From the NCBI GenBank assembly GCA_027623815.1, contig JAQBUV010000002.1:16633-80632 (forward strand): a stretch of DNA of 64,000 nt. Reading direction: 5' to 3'. Every line of letters begins with the position of its first letter. The first letter of the stretch is position 1. This stretch comes from Chloroflexota bacterium (GTDB taxonomy: Bacteria > Chloroflexota > Dehalococcoidia > Lucifugimonadales > UBA3495). The notes beneath the pieces are model-generated. The model did not search any database. It was not told the DNA's origin and saw only the letters and a program-made list of their open reading frames with translations. Below, piece by piece: positions 54,759 to 63,998 of this stretch. The position numbers and the translations under genes are program-made.

Positions 54759-56843
54759 CTAAACTTTCTGGATGATCGTCTTCAGGACGCTTTCGGATAC
54801 CGGCTCGTAATGCTTGAACTCCATGGTGTAGGTGGCCCGGCCACTGCTCAAGGAGCGTATTGCCGTAGTATACGAGAATGTTTCTCCCAAAGGAATCGTT
54901 GCTCGGATCGTCTGCAGGTTGTTTTCACCCTCGATATTCCGTATATGGGCGCGCCTGGTTCCCAGGTCACCTATGATTTCCCCCATGAACTCACCGGGGG
55001 TCACCACTTCCATTTCCACAATAGGTTCAAGGAGTACCGGCCTAGCTTTGCCCGCGGCTAACCGTATGGCTAGGGCGCCCGCGGCACGGAAGGCCATCTC
55101 TGAGGAATCTACGTCGTGGTAGCTACCGTCGACCAGCGTGATTTTCAGGTCTACCAGAGGATACCCCCCCAAAGGCCCGTTGTCTAGGGCTTGACGAACT
55201 CCATGTTCTATGGCGGGGATAAATTCTCTGGGGATTTTGCCGCCGACCACTCCGTTCACGAAGACGATACCGGTACCGCGATCTGTGGGCTCAATCTCCA
55301 GCCAGACGTGGCCAAACTGACCGTGCCCGCCGGTCTGACGCACATACCGCCCCTCGCTGCGGACTGAACGGGTGAATGTCTCTCGATAAGAAACCTTGGG
55401 CGCGCCAACCTGGGCTCCAACTTTGAACTCCCGGCGGATTCGGTCAACCAGCACTTCCAAGTGCAATTCTCCCATGCCGGATATAACCGTTTGGCCGGTT
55501 TCGTCGTTGAATCGGACGTGAAAAGTCGGATCCTCGTCCGCCAGCTTGTGTAACGCTTCGGACAAGTGATCCTGGTCTACCCGGGTGTCTGGCTCAATTG
55601 CCACCGACACCACTGGTTCGGGGAAAGTAGGCGGTTCCAGTATCACCGGTTGGAAATCGGTGCAAATAGTGTCTCCGGTAAAGGTATCTTTCAGCCCAAC
55701 GGCGGCGCAGATTTGTCCGGCGCCAATTTCTGCTAGCTCTTCGCGGCGGTTGGCGTGCATCAGCAGCAAACGTCCTAGTCGCTCACGTTTGCCTTTGGTG
55801 GTATTGGTTACGGTCGACCCGGCCTTGATTTGACCGGAATATATCCTCATGAAGACAAGTCGACCGACAAACGGGTCGGTGACGACTTTAAAGGCCAATG
55901 CGGAGAAGGGTTCCTTGATGTCGGGGATACGCTCTACTGCCTCCCCGCTCTTGGCGTCAACCGCCGCCATCGGCGGGACGTCCTCTGGAGAAGGGAGGTA
56001 CCAGACGATGGCGTCCAGCAGGGGATGGACACCCTTGCCCTTGAGGGCGGTGCCGCAAAGGACTGGAACCAAATTCTTATGAATTGTGGCCTGCCGTAAG
56101 GCTTGGCGCAAGTCGTCTTCCCCGATCTCCTCGCCTTCTAGATATCGCATCAGCAAGTTTTCGTCAGTCTCTACGATCTTCTCAATCATCGCCTGCCGGT
56201 ACGTCTGATATTGTTCCTGATACTCAGCAGGGACCGGGCATTCTTCGGGGGTTTCCAAAGTTGGATCACTACCCGGAGTCAGGCCGTATATAATAGCCTT
56301 GCCCCCAATCAAGTCAATAACGCCCTTGAAGCTATCTTCCTCTCCAATTGGGAGTTGGACCGCCACTGCATTGGCATTGAGCCGTCGCTTCATTGACTCA
56401 ATGGTGCGGTAGTAACTGGCACCTACTCGGTCCATCTTGTTGACAAAGGCAATTCGGGGCACTTTGTAGGTGTCGGCCTGGCGCCACACGGTTTCAGACT
56501 GGGGCTGAACCCCAGCGACCGAGTCGAACACTACTACGCCGCCGTCTAGCACTCGTAGACTGCGCTCGACTTCAGCGGTAAAGTCCACGTGCCCCGGCGT
56601 GTCGATGATGTTGATCCGATGGTCATTCCAATAGGTGGTGGTGGCTGCGGCGGTAATGGTAATGCCCCGTTCTTTCTCTTGAGGCATCCAGTCCATTGCC
56701 GTAGTGCCGTCGTCAATGCCACCAACCTTGCGAATAATCCCGGTCAAAAACAAAACACGTTCGGTAACTGTGGTCTTGCCCGCATCAATGTGAGCAATGA
56801 ACCCAATGTTGCGGATTTTACTTATTGGTACTTCTGATTGCAT
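54759..56843 (-). CDS. fusA: Elongation factor G
   Basis: 694 aa with '[22 protein letters not shown]', '[12 protein letters not shown]' and 'NKMDR', plus the domain IV/V sequences. Confidence 0.95.
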   Translation of the reverse strand: MQSEVPISKIRNIGFIAHIDAGKTTVTERVLFLTGIIRKVGGIDDGTTAMDWMPQEKERGITITAAATTTYWNDHRINIIDTPGHVDFTAEVERSLRVLDGGVVVFDSVAGVQPQSETVWRQADTYKVPRIAFVNKMDRVGASYYRTIESMKRRLNANAVAVQLPIGEEDSFKGVIDLIGGKAIIYGLTPGSDPTLETPEECPVPAEYQEQYQTYRQAMIEKIVETDENLLMRYLEGEEIGEDDLRQALRQATIHKNLVPVLCGTALKGKGVHPLLDAIVWYLPSPEDVPPMAAVDAKSGEAVERIPDIKEPFSALAFKVVTDPFVGRLVFMRIYSGQIKAGSTVTNTTKGKRERLGRLLLMHANRREELAEIGAGQICAAVGLKDTFTGDTICTDFQPVILEPPTFPEPVVSVAIEPDTRVDQDHLSEALHKLADEDPTFHVRFNDETGQTVISGMGELHLEVLVDRIRREFKVGAQVGAPKVSYRETFTRSVRSEGRYVRQTGGHGQFGHVWLEIEPTDRGTGIVFVNGVVGGKIPREFIPAIEHGVRQALDNGPLGGYPLVDLKITLVDGSYHDVDSSEMAFRAAGALAIRLAAGKARPVLLEPIVEMEVVTPGEFMGEIIGDLGTRRAHIRNIEGENNLQTIRATIPLGETFSYTTAIRSLSSGRATYTMEFKHYEPVSESVLKTIIQKV

Positions 56844-56951
56844 GCTTCCCTAATTTGCCTCTTGCGGTACTATCTGGCCTACTTATCTATAGGTTTCTAT
56901 ATGATTTCTATAGGTTGTCGAATTGGTTTTCTTACCGGCGATCCGGTCTAC

Positions 56952-57422
56952 CTACCGGCGATAGTGAACAAATGCCCGGTTGGCATCAGCCATGCGGTGC
57001 AATTCTTCCCGGCGTCTGACCGCCGACCCCTCTCCACGGGAGGCCTCTAAAAATTCATTGGCTAGGCTGCGTCGCATTGGGGTTCCCTTCCTGCCTCGAG
57101 CCCCGCGAATTATCCAGCGCATGCCCAAGGCTTCACTGCGGTTGGGGCGCAGTTCGGTAGGAACCTGGTAAGTCGCACCGCCGATCCGGCGTGGCTTGAC
57201 CTCGACAATTGGCGTGGCATTCTTGATCGCCAGTTCAAATATCTCCATAGGGTCACGCCGCGACTCTTCTCGGATAATTTCCAGGGCTTTATACACAAAC
57301 CGCTGGGCCGTGGATTTTTTTCCTTTGAGCATCACCCGGTTTATGAACCTGGCTAATAGCAGGTTGTTGTAATGGGGGTCCGGCTCTATTATCCTGGGTT
57401 CAGCACGCCTTCTTCTGGACAT
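56952..57422 (-). CDS. rpsG: 30S ribosomal protein S7 (uS7)
   Basis: 'DPHYNNLLLARFINRVMLKGKKSTAQ' and 'VEVKPRRIGGATYQVP'. Confidence 0.95.
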   Translation of the reverse strand: MSRRRRAEPRIIEPDPHYNNLLLARFINRVMLKGKKSTAQRFVYKALEIIREESRRDPMEIFELAIKNATPIVEVKPRRIGGATYQVPTELRPNRSEALGMRWIIRGARGRKGTPMRRSLANEFLEASRGEGSAVRRREELHRMADANRAFVHYRR

Positions 57423-57507
57423 AGATCAATTACACCTTAAAATACGGAATCCGCTCAAGAGGAACCCCGAGGTAGGGAATGCCCGCTAGTGTTAGAGGTG
57501 GATCAGC

Positions 57508-57921
57508 TTATTTGGGCTTGACGGCCCCGTACTTGCTGCGACCGCGCCGACGGTCCCGAACGCCTTCAGCATCCAACGCGCCGCGGACTACGTGGTAGCG
57601 TACACCAGGCAGGTCTTTCACTCGACCGCCGCGCATCAAAACTACCGAGTGCTCCTGGAGGTTGTGGCCTTCGCCGCCAATGTAGGCATTAACTTCAACA
57701 CCGTTGGTCAGTCGTACCCGGCAGATCTTCCGTAGCGCTGAGTTGGGTTTCTTGGGAGTCATGGTACGTACTTGAATGCAAACTCCACGGCGTTGCGGGC
57801 AACCGGGACCCCACTTCACGCGGTTGCGCAAAGAATTCTGCACCCAATGCAAGGCTGGGGCTTTGGTACCTTTTTTAGCGGGGCTACGCCCCTTCCTGAC
57901 TAGCTGATTTACCGTAGGCAT
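57508..57921 (-). CDS. rpsL: 30S ribosomal protein S12 (uS12)
   Basis: I chose the start at ATG 57921 ('[12 protein letters not shown]...'), and '[37 protein letters not shown]' follows. The ORF-track extension to 58074 covers promoter DNA. Confidence 0.95.
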   Translation of the reverse strand: MPTVNQLVRKGRSPAKKGTKAPALHWVQNSLRNRVKWGPGCPQRRGVCIQVRTMTPKKPNSALRKICRVRLTNGVEVNAYIGGEGHNLQEHSVVLMRGGRVKDLPGVRYHVVRGALDAEGVRDRRRGRSKYGAVKPK

Positions 57922-57967
57922 AAAACTACCTTTTAATTCATTAGTCGCCACATAGATGAGCAGAGTA

Positions 57968-57996
57968 ACTCTATCAAGTTGTGGTAGCCATGTCAA
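57968..57996 (-). promoter_or_regulatory. Candidate promoter of the str/ribosomal supercluster
   Basis: On the minus strand: TTGACA (57996-57991), a 17-nt spacer, then TAGAGT (57973-57968). This is about 45 nt upstream of the rpsL ATG. Confidence 0.45.
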
Positions 57997-57999
57997 CGA

Positions 58000-58029
58000 T
58001 TGACACCCGCGCATTTGCTCAACTAAAAT
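58000..58029 (+). promoter_or_regulatory. Candidate promoter of the TPP-riboswitch operon
   Basis: TTGACA (58000-05), an 18-nt spacer, then TAAAAT (58024-29). It is back-to-back with the rpsL -35 box (TGTCAA-CGA-TTGACA). Confidence 0.45.
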
Positions 58030-58073
58030 GGGGTAACGTAACAATATAAGTAACTTGAAAAGGAACTTGGGCA

Positions 58074-58168
58074 CGTAGGGGAGCTTGGTTGAGCCAGGCT
58101 GAGAGGGTGGCCGATATGCCGCCGACCCTTGCGAACCTGAACTGGGTAATGCCAGCGTAGGGAAGCGG
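58074..58168 (+). promoter_or_regulatory. TPP (THI-box) riboswitch
   Basis: The sequence is GGGGAGC...GGCTGAGAGGG...ACCCTTGCGAACCTGAACTGGGTAATGCCAGCGTAGGGAAG. The conserved CTGAGA, ACCCTT.GAACCTGA and GGGTAATGCCAGCGTAGGGAA blocks are present. Confidence 0.9.
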
Positions 58169-58194
58169 CGCTTGATAATAATGGTCTAGTATGA

Positions 58195-58233
58195 AAGGCC
58201 GCCGACTGGTATTTGTTGGCGGCCTTTTCTTTT
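58195..58233 (+). terminator. Intrinsic terminator forming the TPP riboswitch expression platform
   Basis: A 9-bp perfect stem AAGGCCGCC / GGCGGCCTT with a 14-nt loop is followed by TTCTTTT. It lies between the aptamer and the first ATG. Confidence 0.75.
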
Positions 58234-58257
58234 ACCCGATGGAGTGAGCACCATATT

Positions 58258-59076
58258 ATGTCTCAGAGGGCAGTGACAACACCAAAAATTGAGTTGTCAT
58301 CAATATATAAGGCTTTTAACCTGGGTGGTCGGCGGGAAGCGGTTTTGGCCGGGGTGGACATCATTGCCAATGCTGGCGAATTCGTCAGTATCATCGGCCC
58401 TAGCGGCTGTGGCAAAAGCACCCTGCTCAACATCATCGCCGGGTTGGACGATGCCGATGCAGGGATAGTGCAAATGGACGGCGATCCCTCCAGTATGCGG
58501 TTGGGCAGCATTGGCTACATGCAACAGAAGGACTTGTTGATGCCCTGGCGGTCGGTGCTGGACAATACCGTGCTGGGGTTGGAGTTGCACGGACTATCCA
58601 AAAAACAGGCCCGTCTACGAGCATTGGACTTGGTGGAAACTTTCGGGCTGAAAGGATTCGAGAAACAGTATCCCTTAGCGCTGTCGGGGGGCATGCGCCA
58701 GCGGGCGGCCTTCTTACGCACCATGCTGCTGGACCAGGATGTAATTCTGCTGGATGAACCCTTCGGGGCGCTGGATGCCCTGACCCGGGTGCAGATGCAG
58801 GAGTGGCTGCTGGAACTTTGGGAGTCGATGAAAAAGACGATCATCTTGATCACCCACGATGTTGACGAAGCGATCCTGTTGTCGGACCGGGTGTACGTGC
58901 TGACGGCACGACCGGGCCGGGTCAAGATGGTTCTGAACATTGAATTGCCTAGGCCCAGAGACTATAAGTCGGTTACCACCAGAGAGTTCACGGAGCTTAA
59001 ATCTATTTTGCTGACCACATTGCACGAAGAGAATTCGATGCCGGCTTGGGGCAAATTGGAAGAGACAAACAAGTGA
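58258..59076 (+). CDS. thiZ: ABC transporter ATP-binding protein (nitrate/sulfonate/taurine-type; thiamine-pyrimidine uptake by context)
   Basis: Walker A is 'GPSGCGKST', the signature is 'LSGGMRQR' and Walker B is 'ILLDEPFGALD'. I chose ATG 58258 because the ORF-track TTG at 58213 lies inside the terminator stem. Confidence 0.85.
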   Translation: MSQRAVTTPKIELSSIYKAFNLGGRREAVLAGVDIIANAGEFVSIIGPSGCGKSTLLNIIAGLDDADAGIVQMDGDPSSMRLGSIGYMQQKDLLMPWRSVLDNTVLGLELHGLSKKQARLRALDLVETFGLKGFEKQYPLALSGGMRQRAAFLRTMLLDQDVILLDEPFGALDALTRVQMQEWLLELWESMKKTIILITHDVDEAILLSDRVYVLTARPGRVKMVLNIELPRPRDYKSVTTREFTELKSILLTTLHEENSMPAWGKLEETNK

Positions 59077-59978
59077 GACAGCGCTCCTCACCGGTGACCA
59101 TTGACCGACCAGGGGACATGGCTGGAGGCCAATCTTCAGGGTTAGATCCCGCCGACGGGAGTTCGTCGCGGGGGCAGGCCAGAGGTATTGGCCGTTACCT
59201 AGTGTCTTTAAAACGGTGGGCGGCTCCCCTGCTAATACTTATCGCTTTGTTAGGGTCTTGGGAACTTTGGACTCAACTAGGTGATGTTCCCAAATGGCAG
59301 TTGCCTGCGCCTTCAACCATAGCGCAAGAATTAGTGGAGAGTCGCGGCCTTCTTTGGCAGCACACCCAAGTAACCCTGCTGGAAGTAGCCCTGGGTTTCG
59401 TGGCGGCGCTGATTGTTGGCCTGTCCCTGGCCAGCGGTATCGCCTACTCGCGAATACTGGAACGCTCGGTCTACCCAATAATTATCGCCTCTCAGACCAT
59501 CCCTATTATCGCAATTGCGCCCTTGTTGCTGATCTGGGTGGGTTACGGGCTTACGCCCAAAATAATTGTGGTGGCCTTGATCGGCTTTTTCCCCATATCG
59601 GTGAACACCGTGGACGGTCTCCGCTCGGTGGATCCGGACATGGCCAACATGATGCGCACATTGGGAGCCTCCCGGTGGCAAATTTTCACCAAGCTTCAGG
59701 TGCCTTCGTCGCTGCCGCGGATGTTCTCGGGGATAAAAATAGGCATCACATTCAGTGTGATTGGGGCGGTTATCGGTGAGTGGGTGGGAGCCAGCGAGGG
59801 CCTGGGCTACTTGATGACCTACTCGCAGCCCTTGTTTCTAACCGCCCGGGTATTCGCCGCCATCGTGGTATTGTCGGCGATGGGTATCATGCTGTTTGTG
59901 CTGGCGACGTTGGTAGAGCGTTTGATGCTTCCCTGGTATCACACCGAAAAGCGCGCCAGAAGTATGGAGCGCATATAG
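59073..59978 (+). CDS. thiX: ABC transporter permease (BPD_transp_1 family; thiamine-pyrimidine uptake by context)
   Basis: It has 6 TM helices and the EAA-like loop 'MRTLGASRWQIFTKLQVPSSLP'. The start is uncertain: GTG 59073 overlaps the thiZ stop, and ATG 59118 is an alternative. Confidence 0.8.
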   Translation: MRQRSSPVTIDRPGDMAGGQSSGLDPADGSSSRGQARGIGRYLVSLKRWAAPLLILIALLGSWELWTQLGDVPKWQLPAPSTIAQELVESRGLLWQHTQVTLLEVALGFVAALIVGLSLASGIAYSRILERSVYPIIIASQTIPIIAIAPLLLIWVGYGLTPKIIVVALIGFFPISVNTVDGLRSVDPDMANMMRTLGASRWQIFTKLQVPSSLPRMFSGIKIGITFSVIGAVIGEWVGASEGLGYLMTYSQPLFLTARVFAAIVVLSAMGIMLFVLATLVERLMLPWYHTEKRARSMERI

Positions 59979-60164
59979 AGCCTTAAATTAAGTATATGCC
60001 TGGTTACCTTGTTCTCTATTGCGTCATATAAGGGTGTGGACACGACGCAGGCACTCCCTGGGCAAAGTCATAGGTCTTGCCCCAATTAGGGAATGTAATG
60101 CCCCCAACAAACAGAAGTGGTATTAGATGCAAGTAGTACTGTTATATAAGGAGGGTTGGTAGGA

Positions 60165-61193
60165 ATGAAGAATCCTGTCCAAAAATTGTTCGTTTTAATC
60201 CTGGGTCTGTTACTGGTGGCCTGTTCCGCGGTCGCCACAAGACCTGCGGCTGAACCCAATGTTGTGCCCGCGCCCGTGCCGCTGACCAAAGTGTCGGTGG
60301 CCCTGGACTGGTTTCCCTGGTCCAACCACGCCGGACTCTACGTAGCTAGGGAACGGGGTTATTTTGCTGAAGAGGGCTTGGAGGTGGAGATATTCACTCC
60401 GGGTGACCCTTCAACGGTATTGCAGACGGTGGCATCGGGTCGGGACGACTTTGGTATCAGCTATCAGACTGATTTGCTGATCGCCAGGCAACAGGACGTG
60501 CCGGTGGTCTCGGTGATGGCCCTGGTGCAGCATCCCCTCAACTCGGTGATGGCTTTAGAATCCTCCGGAATCTCGACGCCAGCCGACCTGGCGGGCAAAA
60601 AAATCGGGTCGCCGGCAATACCCTCCGACGAACTTCTCCTGAGCACCATGTTGAAAAGCGAAGGAAAGACCATAGCAGATATAGAACTGATTAACGTAGG
60701 ATTTAGTCTGGTGCCCGCCCTGATTAGCGGAGAGGTCGATGCCATTATCGGCGCATACTGGGTCCATGAGTCTATCTCGGCGGTGAATCAGGGCTTTCCA
60801 GTCAACATAATGCGTTTGGAAGAGCATGGTGTTCCCGACTTCTACGAGCTGGTCATGGTGGCCAATGAGGACATGATCGCTGAGAACCCAGACCTGATTC
60901 AACGTTTCGTTCGTGGCGTTAGGCGGGGTTATCAGGACGCCATCGACGACCCCCGGGGAGCGGTGCAACTGCTGAAGGATGTGCGCCCTGAAGTTGACCT
61001 GACCATTGAAAATCCTGGTGTAGACCTGCTGGCCCCGCTTTGGGAGCCCGATGGCGGGCAGGGGTTTGGCTGGCAAGAGGAAGCTCGCTGGGTCGACTAC
61101 GCCCAGTGGATGGAAGAGAGCGGACTGCTGGACGGCGGGTTAGATGCCACAGCCGCGTTTGACAACAGCTTCGTGGCCAATGCCGCCAGATAG
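60165..61193 (+). CDS. thiY: NMT1/THI5-like ABC substrate-binding lipoprotein (thiamine pyrimidine precursor binding by context)
   Basis: There is a lipobox 'LLLVAC' after a signal peptide, then 'VALDWFPWSNHAGLYVARERGYF' (NMT1/THI5-like). The RBS AAGGAGGG sits 9 nt upstream of ATG 60165. Confidence 0.8.
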   Translation: MKNPVQKLFVLILGLLLVACSAVATRPAAEPNVVPAPVPLTKVSVALDWFPWSNHAGLYVARERGYFAEEGLEVEIFTPGDPSTVLQTVASGRDDFGISYQTDLLIARQQDVPVVSVMALVQHPLNSVMALESSGISTPADLAGKKIGSPAIPSDELLLSTMLKSEGKTIADIELINVGFSLVPALISGEVDAIIGAYWVHESISAVNQGFPVNIMRLEEHGVPDFYELVMVANEDMIAENPDLIQRFVRGVRRGYQDAIDDPRGAVQLLKDVRPEVDLTIENPGVDLLAPLWEPDGGQGFGWQEEARWVDYAQWMEESGLLDGGLDATAAFDNSFVANAAR

Positions 61194-61268
61194 TCCCAGT
61201 TTTGGTCGGTTGGGTGCTATACTGTCATCTGGCCAAATTTTGGACTTTTAAGGGGCGGTTAAACGCAG

Positions 61269-61628
61269 ATGCCACTTTATTTCTTGCTAGGTACCCTTAC
61301 CGAAACTGGACAACGGATGATGTATAACAATGCGGATTTGATGATTGAGTCCATCAGAGATTGTAAAGCTGACGATGCACAAATCCTGGGTCAGTACGCG
61401 GTATTGGGCATGTATGACTACGTAATGATGGTGGAAGCCGACGATAATGAGGCGGTAGGCCGGTTGGCGTTGGAAATTGGCGTAACGGCCGGGCTGCACA
61501 CGGAAACTCTGCCAGCCATGGCCATTGGTGACATGGTTGATAATGAACCTGGCGAGGGTGAGTTGGGAGCCGCGGCCGCCGATACACCTGGCAGAGAAGA
61601 TTGGCGGCTACCCAGGGGTAACCCTTAA
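61269..61628 (+). CDS. GYD domain-containing protein
   Basis: 119 aa. 'YFLLGTLTETGQ' ... 'LGMYDYVMMVEADDNEAVGRLALEIGVTAGLHTETLPAM' matches the GYD-family pattern. Confidence 0.7.
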   Translation: MPLYFLLGTLTETGQRMMYNNADLMIESIRDCKADDAQILGQYAVLGMYDYVMMVEADDNEAVGRLALEIGVTAGLHTETLPAMAIGDMVDNEPGEGELGAAAADTPGREDWRLPRGNP

Positions 61629-61644
61629 TTTCTAGCTAGATAAT

Positions 61645-62307
61645 ATGGCCTTAAGCGACGAACTGCGGGAAAGTGTATCCAGCATCTGGGAGCAGGTGGT
61701 AACTCATCCCTTTGTATTGGAGTTGGGCGATGGCACTTTGTCTCAGGATGCCTTCACGACCTACTTTGACCAGGACTACCTGTTCCTCAAAGATTGGAAA
61801 ATTCTGCTGAGCCTGGCTACCGCCAAGTCGGCCGACTTTGACGCGGCCCGCCAGCTTGTCGAGTTTCTGCATCTGGGGCTAGGCGGGGAAGAAGGGCTGT
61901 TCCAACAGGCTTTTCGGGAACGGGGGCTGTCCCGGCAGGATGTGACCAATCTGGATTATCTGCCCACCACGCTGCACTACAGTGGGTACTTGCGCCGCCG
62001 TGCCTATGAAGGAAGCTTTATTGAAGTAATTGCCACCCTTCTGGCGGTGGAGTGGCCTTACCTGGACTGGGCGCAGCGGCTGGATGCGGCGGGCAAGCAC
62101 CCGGACAACCGCTACTACCAGACGTGGATTGACATTCACACCAGCGACGGCATGAGCGGCTTTGTCAACTGGATGCGCCAGACTGTAGATGCGGCACAGG
62201 TTTCCGCCGCTGAGCGGGCCGAACTTCAGACTATATTCCGCGACGTGCTGCGCTACGAGTTGCTCTTCTTTGAAATGGCCTACAGAGGTGAAGCATGGCC
62301 TCAGTAG
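61645..62307 (+). CDS. tenA: Thiaminase II / aminopyrimidine aminohydrolase (TenA family)
   Basis: 220 aa. 'HPFVLELGDGTLSQDAFTTYFDQDYLFL' and 'WPYLDW...' show the TenA/PqqC-like helical fold pattern. Thiamine operon context supports the call. Confidence 0.8.
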   Translation: MALSDELRESVSSIWEQVVTHPFVLELGDGTLSQDAFTTYFDQDYLFLKDWKILLSLATAKSADFDAARQLVEFLHLGLGGEEGLFQQAFRERGLSRQDVTNLDYLPTTLHYSGYLRRRAYEGSFIEVIATLLAVEWPYLDWAQRLDAAGKHPDNRYYQTWIDIHTSDGMSGFVNWMRQTVDAAQVSAAERAELQTIFRDVLRYELLFFEMAYRGEAWPQ

Positions 62308-63104
62308 GCGGCAGGAAAGTGCCATCGGCCCTGACCATTGCCGGGTCTGATTCCGGCGGCGGCGCGGGCATTCAGGCCGACCTCAAGACCTTCGCGGCCC
62401 TGGGGGTCTACGGCACCTCGGCCCTGACCGCCATCACCGCCCAGAACACCGTCGCGGTTACGGCGGTGCACGAGATACCTGCCGATATTATCGCCGCCCA
62501 GATCCAGGCGGTCATCAGCGACATCGGCGCCGACGCGGTCAAGACCGGCATGCTGTCCAGCATCGCCATTGTCGAAGTGGTCGCCCAGGAACTGCGGCGG
62601 CACCGGGTCGAGCGGCTGGTGGTTGACCCGGTGATGGTCGCCAAGAGTGGCGACTCGCTGCTGAGGGAAGAGGCGGTGGAGGCCCTGCGCACCCAGCTAT
62701 TACCGCTGGCATTGGTGGTGACGCCCAACATACCCGAGGCGGAAGTGCTCACCGGAATGACCATCGCTTCTCATCAGGACATGCGCCGTGCTGCCGAGCA
62801 GATTGTGGGCATGGGTGCGCGAGGCGTGGTGGTCAAGGGCGGTCACCTGGATGGCCCAGCCACCGACCTGTTCTACGACGGCTCCCGCTTTCAGGAGTTC
62901 ACCGCCCCCCGCATTGATACGGTCAACACCCACGGCACCGGCTGCACTTTCGCCTCGGCGGTGGCGGCCGGGCTGGCCCAAAACATGAGCGTCATAGATG
63001 CTGTGGCTCAGGCCAAAGAGTACGTCACCGAGGCCATCCGCTGCTCTTTTCCCATCGGCCAGGGCCACGGCCCCCTGAACCATTTTTATAAGTTGTGGGA
63101 CTGA
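62295..63104 (+). CDS. thiD: Hydroxymethylpyrimidine/phosphomethylpyrimidine kinase
   Basis: 'LTIAGSDSGGGAGIQADLKTF', 'VVDPVMVAKSGD' and 'NTHGTGCTFASAVAAGLA'. Confidence 0.95.
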   Translation: MASVGGRKVPSALTIAGSDSGGGAGIQADLKTFAALGVYGTSALTAITAQNTVAVTAVHEIPADIIAAQIQAVISDIGADAVKTGMLSSIAIVEVVAQELRRHRVERLVVDPVMVAKSGDSLLREEAVEALRTQLLPLALVVTPNIPEAEVLTGMTIASHQDMRRAAEQIVGMGARGVVVKGGHLDGPATDLFYDGSRFQEFTAPRIDTVNTHGTGCTFASAVAAGLAQNMSVIDAVAQAKEYVTEAIRCSFPIGQGHGPLNHFYKLWD

Positions 63105-63107
63105 GAT

Positions 63108-63998
63108 TTAGGGAACAGCGGCAACCGGAGCCGCTCCAAAGCCGCTGATAATCTCCCACGCTCCTACTCCTCCGAAAATCAGCGTAACCACCAGCGCCAT
63201 TGCCACCGACAGGCACCGCACCGGGTGCTCCTCCAGCCCGAACCAATTTCCAACAACGCCCAGCCCCACCGCCGCCGCCCGCAATGGCCGCACCAGCAGC
63301 GCCGCCAGCACAAACCCGTAAAATAAGAACGATGTAGAAAATGTGGTCCAGAACAGCAGGCCCAGCCAGGGCTGCTCACCTTTGAACTGCCAGGCGTCCC
63401 AGAACTCCAGTATCTGGGGCCACAAGGCCAGCGGCAATACCAGGTAAATCACCCCCGATAGCACAAAGTCTAGCACTAGCAGTCCCACCAATTTGGGGAC
63501 TCTGGCGGTGGCCCCTTTTTCTAGCACCCACCTTGTTTCCCACAGTGACACTCCATCCGCGAAGACGTTGAAGGCGACAAAGGTCAACACCCAGGGGTTG
63601 GCTTGAATCGCCCGCCAGAAGGCCCAGCCAGCCTCGTTGAAAATGATGCTGGCAACCAGCAGCACGATTAACGAGGAGACCAAAGCTTTCCAGGGGCTGA
63701 TCGGTATGCGGATGATGCCGATGCCGCTGCCGATGGCGCCGATGCCGCCGAAGATGGCGCCGCCGATGCCGCCGAGGATGCCGACGCCGAGGATGCCGAA
63801 GATGCCGCCGAGGATGCCGCCGAGGATGCCGCCGCCCACGGCTTCTTTAACCGAAAAGTCGGAGTCTCGGAATGCCGGGATCGAAATTAACCCCAACAGA
63901 GCTAGAACACCGGTTAAGCCAAGGGCCACGGCCAAAGTCCGGGTTGTATCAGTGCTGCCGGTTCCATTGAGGACGACTATCTGCTGGGTTGCTGCCAC
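63108..63998 (-). CDS. Polytopic membrane protein with a glycine-zipper-rich N-terminal region; possibly 5'-truncated by the window end
   Basis: The ORF reaches within 2 nt of the window end (apparent GTG). It has 'GGGILGGILGGIFGILGVGILGGIGGAIFGGIGAIGSGIGI' followed by several TM helices. Confidence 0.6.
   Translation of the reverse strand: MAATQQIVVLNGTGSTDTTRTLAVALGLTGVLALLGLISIPAFRDSDFSVKEAVGGGILGGILGGIFGILGVGILGGIGGAIFGGIGAIGSGIGIIRIPISPWKALVSSLIVLLVASIIFNEAGWAFWRAIQANPWVLTFVAFNVFADGVSLWETRWVLEKGATARVPKLVGLLVLDFVLSGVIYLVLPLALWPQILEFWDAWQFKGEQPWLGLLFWTTFSTSFLFYGFVLAALLVRPLRAAAVGLGVVGNWFGLEEHPVRCLSVAMALVVTLIFGGVGAWEIISGFGAAPVAAVP

Noticed and set aside
57922-58074. Extended 5' part of the rpsL ORF ('[14 protein letters not shown]...')
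   Set aside because: uS12 begins universally at 'MPT(V/I)NQL', and this region holds the two promoter-like hexamer pairs.
58213-58257. TTG start of the ABC ATPase ORF proposed by the ORF track
   Set aside because: Codons 1-15 overlap the terminator stem and U-tract of the TPP riboswitch. The ATG at 58258 follows it.
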